A stretch of DNA of 62,688 nt, counting the filler, from Catajapyx aquilonaris (lineage: Eukaryota), in the NCBI GenBank assembly GCA_000934665.2. It is 2 parts of 2 records of this genome, joined end to end, with 100 filler letters (N's around TTAATTAATTAA, not from the genome) between each part and the next. Parts side by side here need not be neighbours in the genome. Positions count along the whole stretch, not along the records: positions 31,406 to 62,688 come from KZ539166.1; 1 more part is not named here. One strand, written 5' to 3'. A program made the translations under genes and the position numbers. The number at the start of each line of letters is the position of its first letter. Within the stretch, counting starts at the first letter, position 1. Shown here one piece after another: positions 35,543 to 49,300 of this stretch. A model generated the notes under the pieces. The model worked only from the letters and a program-made list of their open reading frames with translations, had not been told where the DNA came from and did not search any database.

Positions 35543-37323
35543 CATTTTGAAGCTGAATTAGCTTCAAGACAAGGGAAAAGGCTTCTTGGGTGAAACGAGG
35601 CCTATAAAAGGCTTCAGCTCACACCATAACAGCTTTGTCGGCAGTATCCTGTATAATAATGGTAGCATAAACACCACAAACTGCAGACTTGATTCTGGGC
35701 TTGAAGGTTTTATTGTTAATAAAATAAGCATACAGGGATACAGTTGACGGATAGAGCAATGAAATGGCGTGCCGTATAAGGTATTTGGAATCCTTAGGGG
35801 GCTAGTGAAACGAAAATGGGTGAGTTGACTAGTGCAGGAGAGCCCACATGAGTTTGATTGGAATCCGTGTTTGGATGTTGAAGCTAGCTCTCGGTTCAAG
35901 GGAATCATTTGGTTCTGCCATGGGCTTTATAAAATTCTCGAGGAAGGTACGTGTGGACCAAGTGCAGAATGATATGCTGCTGTGCGAGCACATTCAAACA
36001 GCCACTTTGATTTAAGTTAATTTTCGAGTACCGGTACTTTATACTCTATTATAACATGCAAGTGGACTATTTCTTGTCGCGCGCAAGTATTTTGTACATG
36101 GGATCGAAATGCTACAATGATATGTGTTTCCATCTGCCTTCGTGCTCTTCCGAGATATACAGTATTTTCATCGGATTCCACGTGTTAGGGAAGCGACATG
36201 TGGTCCCATGTCACACTAATTTTACAATACCGCCTACACGATTGCGCCTTTAATGTTCATCTCAAACTTAAAAGTCAACTAGCACGTACAATACGTACAG
36301 TACATGCACCAGGCTGTTTTGTGCCAGAAGGACGAGAGCCTGTTCACCTTAAGCTTAATGATATGTAAGGATAGGACGTATTCGAAGAGCTGCCATGTCC
36401 ACAAGACGAAACTTTTCTCTCAGAAATTTCCTCCTTATTATTTTTTAAGTAGTAAGAGCCTCGAGGGCATCTCATCACAATTCAAGGATATGTTCACATT
36501 CAGAGCAATTGATATGTCAGTGTTTGTCGTCGAGAGAGAAAAAAAGTGATATGTATGTAACACCTGGGAAAGGTTGTTATCACCAGGACCATGCGTTTAC
36601 AGCATGGTCAAGGTGCCTGAATCCCTGGGGATGAATAAGCTGTCAACTACTTGTTACGACAACTCTACACGCTACTCGAACAAATTTAGGTTAGGTAGCC
36701 AAAGGAACCATAAATGAGGTACCGGTACAAGGTGGGATAGGGGTGTGTGTGTGTTTTTTAAACTCCTGATATGACGTCAAGCGCTAGACTATCTAGGCTA
36801 GAGGGGGGGGGGGACCTATCACTTAATGCACTCTTCACAAGAGCAGGCGCTTCTCACATTCCCTGTCAGATTTTCTGTATTTACTGTGAGGAATGTGTGT
36901 ACAGTCACGAGCACAAAGCGCACGTGGGGGAATGCCATTTGGGTACCATTTGCGTTTCCCCACACATCGCTTTGTCCTCACTCCTGCACACTGGTCACCG
37001 AAACGTGGCGACTCAGGTACCAAACTGTGTCCTAAATCGCCACGGAATGTACAGGCTGTCACAGCAACCAAGTGCCTGATGGCATCTGATTTCTGAGTCA
37101 GCCGAATGGTATAATCGAGGAGGTGCGGGAGACATCTAAACACGTGTCTCCCGGACCGACGTACACCATTTTTGTCATACTTGGTGCTGCGTGGAAACCC
37201 ACGAAAGAAAAAGCGTCAAACAGCCTTAAAATTTGCGGGGGTGGGTGGGTTACATATGGCCACATGATTTCAGTCGAGCGCCTGCTCTTCGGTTTCTCTC
37301 CCATATTTGGTCAGCACGCAGGT

Positions 37324-37458
37324 CTACTTGAGGTGATTGAACATGCCGGCCTTTGCCGTGATCCTCTTCTCCCCAGCGGTATGCTGCACCTGTTCTTTCA
37401 CCTGGTCCACGGCCACAGGACCGATGCAGATCAGGGGGTCTTTGAAGTACGAACACAC
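37324..37458 (-). CDS. ITG: ITG-like precursor exon 5
   Basis: TTTCAG|VCSYFKDPLICIGPVAVDQVKEQVQHTAGEKRITAKAGMFNHLK*; not in the ORF track in this frame. Confidence 0.9.
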   Translation of the reverse strand: MCSYFKDPLICIGPVAVDQVKEQVQHTAGEKRITAKAGMFNHLK

Positions 37459-40400
37459 CTGAAAGCATCAAACACCAATTTAGGCATATTCAATCAAATT
37501 CATCCTTGATCCTGTCTTGTACCGGGATCATGGTCTTATACAGGTCTGGTCACTCCCCCTCTTATCGCGTGCCCTTATCAGCTCCCACCCGTAGGGAGGA
37601 GGGTTTCCGATTTGGCGCTGATGTCGCTCCACAGTTGACACCAGCGCCAAATCGGAAATCCCACTTCGGTGGGGGAAGGCAACTAAGCTCACGGGCGTCT
37701 CCATAAGGTTGGGGTAGGAGTGTAGGTCTGACCGGGATAGAGGGATTAATATGTCTGATCCGATTCGAGTGAAACAAGGCATAGGATAATCTCTCATCAC
37801 TATTCCTCACAACAAACTCGCTCAGATTTTGGACGGCTGACAACTCCAGCAATCAAATTTAATATTTCCATGTCGGCAGCCAAGTCGCAGTCGGCCAGAA
37901 ATCAGAAAATCAAAACCAGCCGGCATTACTAAGTTGACGCGTCCAAATTATTAACACGCTATTCTCACTCCCAAACTAATGAACACGACGTCGTGCTGAC
38001 AACCCCTTTTCCTTTATACCCAGTTTATCTTCGCAGTCAAATGGCAAAAACCGGTGTTTTATGCATCAGTTTACCAACTCGTTACTTACAAGTTGGTGCC
38101 AACATTAACGAACCGGACCCATTTTACCCCCCCCCCCCCTCCCACAGTAGTTACTGCGCATTACCAAAAGCTATATTAGTTCACGCAGGAAGTCACGCGA
38201 CTATTTTCCTCAATTTTGGGTGTGTGAACTCCCCTGAAACCCGGAAGTGAGGGTACCTGGCACGGATGTCACTTCAACGTTCCCAGATTTTGTACACGTC
38301 CCGTGACGACCCCTATTCGGGACAAACGGCTACAGTTATATATAGAAAGTCTAGTTCGTGCAGCGTCACTTTTTTTAAAAAAAACTTATACCTACGCCGT
38401 ACGAGAAAAAAAAAAGAGTACTAGAAGAAAGGGGTGGAGCGTGAGTGATTGTTATCTAGGGTTTGGCGTGCGGTTGGTAGCGTGCTGGTCCAAATATCAG
38501 CAGTTACAAATAATGTCCCAAGAAGTTGGACGGATAAATTATGGATACGCGGATAGCTGGATGGATGGATGCGAAGGAGAGAAAAAAATCGCTCAAAAGG
38601 TCGAGAGGTCATCTTGGGTTGGAGGAATGCCCTATCACGTCCCAACTTGACTGTTGACGTCATACAAGCCGCAATCGATGTCTACCGTGGAGCTTAGTCA
38701 CGCCCACCTGTGCCAAGGGACTTGTAATTCTCATAGCTTATTATGTCTCTCCAAAAGACGGAGACTGCACTTTTTTGGCTCGAGTTCCCACCAAGCTATT
38801 GACAAGAGTGGCTCAGAAATGGCGCTCCAAGATTAAGTTGCTGCCAGGGATGGCTGGCATTTTGGCCATGGCTGGTAATGGATAGATTGAAACCTGGCTG
38901 TAAATTGCCAGACTTAATGTTCGTATCAAGGTGGGAGGTAGGGCAGTTTGGTCGGGGATGTGACCTGGTAAATAGTCTCAGAATTCTTTATTCATTGAGT
39001 GGGCCTATTGGTCACTATACTTGTGGCTTATTATTTTAAGTATATTTATTAGAGAATAATTACCTTTCGAGGTGCTTGCCGATGCCTCCGTTGCAGCTGG
39101 CAGCAGAGTCCCTTAGCAATGTCGCACTCGCTGCTCATGGTGCAGTCCTCACCTATACAAACGATCATTTGTTACAATTGCTAGTCGGTAACGCAACATA
39201 GTGTAAACAGTTGTCAGGTTTGCCGACACATCGTGATTGATGATGACATTGTACCTGGCCTTGTTACTCCAGGGACCCATAAATATAGGATACTGGTTTT
39301 GTGTCTGACTTGACAAACATTGCGCCAACCATATCACCCAAGCGCGCCCTGCGGCATTGGAAATTTGGAACTACATCAGCCCTCATAGTCTTCCATAAAA
39401 ATGACACCGTTTTGTCGCCCAAGATCTAACTTTTTGGATATGAATACCAAACGTGACCCACAAGTCAAACCAGCAGATTTAAGAATAGCGTGCTGGGATT
39501 CGGAAATGAGATTAGTCGGTCGCTTAATCGATATGGGCTTTGCAAGCGCCGCTATAGTATAATTGCCCTATAGCAGAAGTGTTACATACCGAACTGGCTC
39601 GGACTGCGTGGTGTTTCCAAATGAATAAATTGAATGAATAATTGAATTAAACACCCGCCTGATGCATTTTTCCGGACAAGGTATAGACCAGCTTGTTGGA
39701 AGAGAAGGATACCAATCGGGGTCATTTATTGACCCAAACGTGACTCAAATTTATGTTCAGACCTAACCTCTTGAGACCATCAGTCTGACTGAGCGCAACT
39801 TGAACTGACGATAAAGGCCTCTCTGATAGCTAAAGTTGGTACAGAAAGACAGTTGAAGGGGGGGAACTACCACAAGGGAATGGAATTCACATCCATTTAA
39901 TCCTACGCCTGATTGCCTCACGCGATGTGACTATTTTAATAATATACCCATCATACAGTAACTGACCTAATATGAGGCAAAAAGTCCGTCAATGACCTCA
40001 ATTACCATAATGGCTTTCAGTGAAATAAAACATTCGCTCGTCTGTGGTAGGAATCTCGGAGATGTTACAAATGCACTTCTCCTACTATAGATTCATTCAC
40101 GTATACAGAAACACAAGTTAGAAATTTTGCGGAACATGGGAACTTGCTCTTTGCAATAATAAATCCACACGTCCTTGTTATAATCGCATCATAGCTTACC
40201 TAATAGTTTAGAACGTCAGGACTAACCTAGTTTCCAGAGAATACCATTCATATTGCGCCTGACTAAATATATTTTGACGCAGCCTTCATACATAAATATT
40301 CATAATCGAAGTTCACCCTTAAAACACATTTTGAAACTCACAATGAGAGTCGTCAGGGCATAGCAGGCGGCACAGGCAAAGTAAACCTTGGCCTGAATTA

Positions 40401-43400
40401 CTATTCGCATAAATCTGTACTTGAACGCATTTCCTGACTGTGGAACCGTGCACACTGCCCACTGCTAAAACTGCTGCCCATCGATTTCCTAACTGCACAA
40501 AGCCCGTGGGCCACTGTTTCTTTGTTTTCTTAGCAAGCTCGCTTTGATGCATTGTTCCCAGCAGTATATACTGTACTGATATCTAGTCTTTTGACCACTC
40601 TCGAGTCTTTGCAGTTGGGATCCACTCGCTAATTAAATCCGATTCGAGGCTAATGCAAAAGTCGGACTTCAAAGCTCATTTAAGCACCCACCAGTAGGCA
40701 AATGATGATATTCCTCTTTTGCGTTCCTCATTTTACATGCCAGGGATGTTTCCACTCTGAGCTCCCCGCAGTCAACTCTAAATGATGAGACTTAGTAATT
40801 CAATGATTTTTATACCTGGCCTGCCAAATATTACGGCACGGCTAGATGGTAATTACAGAGCGAGTTACGGGCTTCTCTCTAGGGAAGCTCATTTCTCATT
40901 TAATTTCTGTAGCACTTTTTTGTGTAACGAGCACTTTCAGGCTCGCAGGTGGTAAATGGGGTTGTTTACCTTCCAGAGGCAGGTGATATATAATGCAGTG
41001 CGTAGCTTAATGAGAATTGTGGGAATCCCCAGCCATGAGAAGGAAATGAGTTCTATACTTACTGTACTGCTTCTTGGCGGCAAGAGGTGGTTGGCAGGCT
41101 CGAGCACCTTCAGCGCTTCCCGTGCAGATAAGACCAGTCTCGCAATCGCCATCTTGGCGACAAGCTTCCCCCTGGCGGTTCCCGTAGGCCGGCAGACACG
41201 ACCCCAAAACTAGATAGGATGATATGAATTATTAGCATTGTCATTAGCCGATTGGCGACTACATCCAGATGTGTTGGTATTTGTGTGAATGTTTTAAATA
41301 TAAAACGGTACTTTTGAAATTCGGTAATACATATCTTTGCCTATATATTTGAGGGGTGTGGGGGAAAAACATGATAACTGACATTTTTGTCATTTTTGAC
41401 CTAAACACCTAGCAACTATGTACATGACATGCCAAACAGTTTGGTATACTCCAAGTTCATGTATCATGCACGAGACGGCTACACGAACTAGATTAAAACC
41501 AGCATTCCCTATGATTTGTTAAGGAAATGCAAACTTCAATTCGCTCTCCTGAAATATTACACCTTTGTCAGTTATCATGTTTTTCCACCACACCCCTCAT
41601 TTGTCAGCCCAGTCCAATATCTGGGAGTATTTTTTATGTCGGTCTGTCACTCTGGCACAAACATCCTGCTAAATCCTACCAGGAAAATGTAGTATACTTT
41701 TATAGACAACCCCTTTGTGAATAGTTCATAATTATTTATTCTTTTCACTAATGAAGTGAAGTATGTTGCCAAATTATTTTCTCGAAAATTTTGTGCATAG
41801 TAGGTTACTGTGCACAAAAGCGTGCGGTAGTCTATCAGCAATTCAGAGTAATATAATTACTGCTAATTAATTAGCGCGACATTAATTAACCTCAGTTACC
41901 TAATGATAGTAGTTCCACATAGCAACTTTCTGCCAGAGTTTGGTCTTTACAAGTGCTTGTTATGAAAATGATACAGGTTTATACTGTATATCCATCCTTG
42001 ACAGAATAGCCCATAATGTTGGGCTTGAGGCGCAAGTTACATCATTCTGATGCTCATGAGAGTTTCGCTCTTTCAATAACATACTGTACAGCTTGTGGAC
42101 ATGAAGTTTCCCCCTATACTCTTATTGACGTCTCCTGAGAATAAGTTATATTAAGTTATTATGACAAGTATTTATAAATAGCTTACTAAGGAATGATCGA
42201 CAATATTTCATATCCACAATTTAGCAATATTACATGTCGTTAGCTCATTTTGTTTTTTCTCAGGAAGGTTCAATATTAGAAGCTACGAAATCGAAATCCG
42301 CACTCAAAAGCTGCTAGAAAGGAACTTCACCCTTATTAAGCAGTATAATATGGTTATAGAAGTTACGAAAGGTAAATAAAATGTTAAAACATGAGGCAGA
42401 CAACAAGAATATAGGTTATGGTGTAAAACGTAAAAGAAAAAGTGTAACATAAATAGGCTATAATTGTCTTCTATTGTTGTACAATCATTCCATAGGGTCA
42501 CTTCAACAGCTGTAGCTGTAGAGAGCCATTTGATTTACCGTCTTTTTGCGACTGCGCCGCCTTAGGAGCCTATTTTGACTGTTTTCAGGACCTAAATGCC
42601 TACCTTTTTGAGGAGTTTTAGAACCTAAAAATCCGTTCTTTAGTGATTACAATATAAAGTTATTAATTCCGCGGAATTAATAACTTCATATTGTAATCAC
42701 TAAAGAACGGATTCGCCATTTTTGGGTACTGGTATCTCGATACCAGTACCCAAAAATGGCGAATCCTCCTACAACCGATGAAATAATATTTTTAAAAACC
42801 AAAATAGCAGAAGGGCTGAACTTAAAATTTTCCGCCCCCGATTTTCGCCTGAACCAGCAAGTTTAAACACTACACGTTGTGTACTATACAGTATACTACT
42901 TCCACTTCATCTGATATGCAGTAGAATCAACGCCTTCCTACGCAAAAGAAAATTAGTTTCCAGGAAACTTTCTGAAGTGAAACTATAGTGGGCGAAAATC
43001 TCTCTTCCGACTGGAGGCGTTACAGCAAATGGAAAAGTCAGATGTCAATAACAGGCGAGCGACAAAACGAACTTGCGAAACGTCCCGCTAGCTCCAGTAA
43101 TGAATTCAACTCATTCCAATTGAATAGAAAGCCTTTCGTCAAAGCGGATCATTCGCTTTCCTGCGATGCAAGAGCCTGAATAGGAAGTTCAATGTTCAGG
43201 TATATAAATGTTATACGGGGACATATGCTTCACTCGTGCGTGCCTACCGGACCTGCAGATTTTCTGCAATAAATTCCAGTCGACTGCGCAATGTTGAATA
43301 GCGCGTGATGATGGAATATTCTGGATCCATAAACTCCTCACTGAAGCAAGCAAACATGATTTCGAAAACCAGTCAGGTAAGGGGACTCCTTCTGATGGTA

Positions 43401-46252
43401 GTCTACTGTAACTCTAGCCCAGTAGCCATTCTTTTATGAAATCATTCTAGCGAATACATTTATAATAAGGTCTTTCACTCATGCAGAATGCGTAATTAGG
43501 CTATTTGACGCTACCTGGCATGTGTACGGACACACCTACCTCGTTTTGTATTCTGATTATTGCCATCAAGTTTCTCCCAAAAGTGATTATATCTTAGTTA
43601 TGGCCAGTGTTGCCGGACTCACTGGTGTCACTGCTTGCGTGACAATGGCTCATCTCTGTTTTAACTGCTTACAAAATAGTGTAATTGGAGCCATATGTGT
43701 TTGAGAATTTAAAAATTAATATTCAATTACTTAATTTTTTGTTGTGAAGTTAGACAAGAGCAGGTGGTGGATTCATCAAATGTCACGTCAAATTTTCGTC
43801 GTAACCGGTCGTAACCTTAGGTGACCTTACCTTAGGTCACTAAGGTTACGACGAAAATTTTACTTACGACATTTGATGAATCCACCCCTGGCTTTTTAAC
43901 CCTCTTTATGATCTAGCAAACTGCAACAATACAAGTAGGCCGCCACACTGTCATTTTTGACATTTCATTACTACCAATATTAAGTGCGGAATAAAATGGT
44001 AGCCTGCGAGAAGAAAAAACACACGCGATGTTCTCAACCTGCATTATGCGACAGTCACTTCAGAAAGTCATGTTGCCATCTGTTGGCACAACACATCCAT
44101 CACTGGAAGTGCAATAGGAAAGGCCGCAGTGTGGCTGTCGCGTTGCATTAGATTCCGTCCGTATTATGTCTGCATCAAATATGAAAAAGTGGCGAGTTTC
44201 GTCGCAGAAAAGGTACCTTGTCAAGGTAGTTTATACCAAAGTCGCGACATCAAATCGTGCTGCGTCCATAAAGTGAATGAATAATAAAAGAAGGCACATT
44301 CGTGTAATCCTTCTTATGCAAGGTACTCGCCAACTTCAGCTTGATCAAAATGGCAAGGGTTGGGTCTATACCAGTAAGTGCTAGTTACTCTATACAACAC
44401 ATGGACACAAAATTGAGGAGTTCTATAGTCTTACGACGCCGACAATAATGGTTCTTTTCTGTCCTTGAAGTTACGACGAACGGACAATTCGATTTATTTG
44501 CACATAAAACTTTTACGACAAGCACAGGGGAAATTACAAACTGATTTCCCACACGAGGCAGATTTACTCAAAATGTAGAAATAACTTTCCCCACACACTC
44601 CTATCCACCTCCCGTCCTTTAAAAAACACGGAAAAAATCACATCAAATTCTGTCAATTTCGGTTTATCGTCCTGTGACCCACAGAAAAATATTAAACCTC
44701 GCCTGGGTTTACACGGACATGGCCATAAACCCAAAACGAGGCCATATACTCTAACTCCACGACCACCGATTCCATACTGCCACGTACGCAACCTTTTAAT
44801 GACACTGACCAACCCCCCCCCNCCCCCCCCGTCTCAGGCTATATATTTTTTCAGTCTAAATTCTGATTTGATTTATGTCTTTCCCTCCTCATCCCCATTA
44901 CTATTTTCTACCCCTCAAAATGACTCTGTCTCTAAATGGCACTCCCTTTTACAGCGCATTCACTCTAATTGAAAATCGATCCAGCAGAAGGGCGGAGGTG
45001 TAGTCTCATCTTGTTCTCCTTAAAATGACGTCAACATTCGATCTATGAGATTATAGCTTCTACGTGCGCAGTGAAAGCCACTGTGATACGCAACATTGTT
45101 TGAATTCTCCAAAGAGCTTTGAAACGCAAGGGACTGTTGCTTGATCGTAAATCCAGAACAAGTGGTTAATATCTACATATAGGAATTGCTATAGATCATG
45201 CATGAAATTAACCGGATTGTATTTATTATTTAATTGTTTTTTTATTATTTAGGTTAATTTATTTCATTATTATTTAGTCTATTTAATTTATTTCATTATT
45301 ATTTAGTATTTAATTTATTTCATTACTATTTAGTCTATTTAATTTATTTCGTTGTTATTTTATTATATTATTATACTTTGATTATTTTATTCAGGACAGA
45401 TATTTGTGACTGGATTGTATAGATGTCACCCCTAGCACTGTTCATCACCATCACGTGTTGGCACCTGACGAGTTTCATCCAAACTACGTCACATACCGTC
45501 CGTAATTAAGTGATGAAAAAGAAACCCAGGAGGAACTACTCTTGTGGCGTTAGTTGGAGAGCACCCTGCGTGCTTCTCATGGCTAACGATGTCAAGGGTA
45601 CTCGAGTTGGGACGAGTCTTAAAGAAAATGGGAGGGCGAGCTGCACTTTGGGAAAAAGTTAAGTCCCTGTAGGAGTACGAGGATTGAGTTGCTGATTTTT
45701 CCAATGGTGTGTCTAGGGCGAGGTTGGAAGTTACGGGGGATGGCAAGCTTTTTGGCCAAATCGATCCAGAAATTCAAGGACGTCCAAAGAGTTCGCTGCA
45801 GCTTTTCTGTGCAGGAGGTCAAGGTCGGCTTTTTGTTTCAAACACCTTAGATCCCGTGCTTGGTTTGCCGATTCATGTTTCCCCCCCTCCCACCCTTTTT
45901 TTTAGTGTTCAGTGGTTGTAAGTAATCCGATTACGAATGGGCATGAGGGCTTACAGATTTTAATCCTATTTGTGCAGTTTTGGTTTGGGATATGCATATT
46001 TTTGTTACTGAAGTACCCCGCCCTTTCCATGGATTATGCAAAAATCAGGTATAAAATAAAAGTTTTATCCGCCGAATTTGGAATGGAATAGAGACTGAGA
46101 GGCCGGTTGTTGCGGTTGTATTGTCCACGTTTCTCGGGATCAAAGTAGATTGTCACAAAGACCGGTTCAGATTCATTCGTGCTTAATACAAGTTGAAGCA
46201 TACTACAACGCAATTTATATATAAAACAATCTGATTTGTTCGCTTGTCACCC

Positions 46253-46337
<85 letters not shown>

Positions 46338-49300
46338 GCAACCTATTTTTAACTAAAAGCTACTCTTGTGGGCAGGGAGTCGGGTAATTCAGTTATCCTA
46401 TATCCGAAAAAAATTACGCGCATGAAAGTGACAGTTACCTGATTTTCGCATCCAGAAATAAAAGTACATTTCATGTTAACGTCATGAATAAATTAACGCC
46501 AACTTGAAAATAATTACAAAGCCTAATAACATGCCCGCAATACTGTACAGCGGTAGGCCTATAGCTGTTTGAACAACTTACAACATTGAAATAATATTCT
46601 CTTTCTCACTTTCTCAGTGCTTATCAGAAAACATTCTGGTTCTAAATTAGTGCACTAAATGCATCAATAACAATAACACCAGAAAGGGGTCCTAATTTAC
46701 CATATTATCCTCTAAATATCTTCTATCTCACTTTCTACGAGAATTAGATTCCAGTAAAAGCAGCTATGTTTTACTGCATTTGGAACATACCGATAAACCC
46801 CGAAAGAATCCCGGATTCTGCATGAGCCTACAGTACAGCCATGTAGTATCCTATTATATGGCGCAAAACCACACAACTGGCGACACTTCTGAGAAGTTTG
46901 GCGCAATTTTTATGCCTGCGGCTAGTCTGGTCTATTGTTCCCAACTGGACCGTGAAGAACAAAAAACAGGGTAGAGAAGCGGACAGGAATTGTCTGGAGA
47001 GCCATCTATTTCCTGAGTATACGTCGAGCGGAAGTGACACCCGGTAAAACTTAGCCACTAGGGACCCGCACACTGATGTGGAGATGGATGAAATACGACC
47101 GGACCCCGAAGTCGTTTCAAATGTACCCGTTTCCGCTCGACCAAACCAGGGTACAGACACTATAAGGATTAGGACTTTCACCGAAGTCCTGGATTCAGCT
47201 CTCATGTATGTCCATGATATTTTAAGAGCGCGTTTCCACATCGATGCATCGACGTGTAGGTATTATTAACAGGTTGATGCAGTTTTCAAATGGTGCGACG
47301 GAGCACAACTGCGGCGCGTTCCGGGCGCGGTATCTGTGGTATTCTTCGAAAGTACGGGTTTTATTTTATGGAGAACGTAGGTCACATTCGAACTACAGTA
47401 CAGTCACAGTGGTTGGGTCCCGTCAGAATGGAATGGTCTAAGCGACTCTTCTACACCCGTTTATTTCGCGAATAATTGGATTGTAACCCATGTAGTGGGT
47501 CAGTACTCCATTAGAACTTACTGCGATACTAACTTTTTGAAATGTGCGAGGATGTGTGAAACTTTATGGTGGACAATAACATTATGGCAATTACGTATTT
47601 CATTCAGGAGGTAAGGTCATAATACGTGAAAATAACCATTTAACGGAGCGAAGAGGACTTGGATTTTTGCTATAGACTTGCACGCTCATGAAATTCTGGT
47701 TTCCCCATTTATAAACCTATAAACTCGCGATATTTAATAATCTCACAGTTATAACCTTGTGAACCCAGAATAATAACTCTGCTGATGCACTATTCTATGC
47801 CGTCAGATTGAAAACTGCTGTTCCAATATAGCAGAGGTGCAGAGGGGAGTAGGCTATACATCAGGCCATCTGCTGAACTCATTTGACTTGGGTGCCTGAC
47901 CCATTCTGTCAGGTCAAACCCCATTGACGGGCCCACCATTTTCATTATGAAAGGCTTCGAGATAGTGTTTACAGAGCTTGGAGCAGCCAGTGAGTTTTCA
48001 AAGGGAATATTTCGCACTGCATGATATGCATGGTCGAGCCATATGAAACATTGATATTCTTGTCCACACAAGTGCGTAGTTTATTGAAATGAGCCCAATA
48101 ATGAGTTCTGGTGGCTTTAGTAACTTCAGGTAATTTTTGACAGACTGTACATTGAATATTACACGACGAGATGGGAAACAAAAGAGGAGCACTACCATCA
48201 TACGTACAGTATATGCAGCAGTACCGTGTGCAGTACCGTGTGGGCGGTATATTTCGGAATCTTTTTTGACATTGTTCCTCTTCTTCTAGAATAGCTGTTT
48301 TTATTATTCACAACATTACTGAGGATGCTGTACTCTGCCAGAGCTACGGAACCCACAAAGGTCCTCGTTGGTGTGTGTAGGTGGTCTGATAATAATAGCT
48401 TCATAACTGTTGTGCTGGTAATAAAAATTACTATTGTACTGTTTAGGACTTCAACTCCCAAATTTCCACGATAGCGAAGATGAAGAGGGTGCCCATACAA
48501 TACTTTCTAACCTACAGTATACTACGCTAATATAACGCAACTTTATTAGCAGGATATTGAGCTCAGCGTCTCATTATATCGTGAAATTAAGCACTTGTTT
48601 TTTTCACCACTTTACCTGAGGATATAGTGCCAACTATGTCAATTTTGCTACAGTCAAGAAATTGGGAACCATTTAAAATGTTCACAGGCTAGGATGAATT
48701 TGATCGGCAAAATATTGACTGAAATAATGACTAGAATAACGCAAACAATGAAATCACTCAGTTTCTTGCCTGCATGATGATCCATCCATACCTGATGCTG
48801 TTTTACTCAGCGAAACCCTTTAGAACATTGTGTACTTTATCGACATTCTCTATTAGCCACCTGTTTTCATAATCCATCCTCTAAGACCTTGATGTCGTGC
48901 ATAGAAGCTATGCCGCCTGCGCTGCGCCGCATCAGCAGGCAAAGGACACACCTACTTGATTACCCTTGCATTAGTGTGCAACTGTGTACCCTTCACTTGC
49001 ATATATCCCGAAGGCTTTTAGTGTCATCTGCTAGTTTCCCACCTTCACTCAACATACAAGAGCAAATGGAGAATGCACTTACTGCCGTCGACATCGACGC
49101 AAACGGATCCAGGGCAGCAGTGTTCGTTGGCCGTACACTTCTTCCCGTAGCAAGGCTCCTCCTCCTCTTCCTCCTGTAGAAGCTGCTCGAAGGCTTCGAC
49201 TGGATTCTGCAGCTTCTGCAAGATAGTCAGCCGGAAGCCAATCGAGCCTCCTGGAGGTATGGCAACCACGCTACCTGTCACCCCCAACTACAGGTGTAGC

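Noticed and set aside
35564..35908. Possible LINE reverse-transcriptase remnant (KHGFQ..SC..QL)
   Set aside because: Only one short motif is recognisable; needs a TBLASTN/HMM search.
30407..37324. Functional or syntenic link between the painless array and the ITG gene
   Set aside because: An artificial linker separates them, so adjacency is unproven.
47190..47260. Possible RTE-LINE remnant (DASMWKRALKISWT, minus strand)
   Set aside because: Similarity covers ~14 aa with no supporting flanking motifs.
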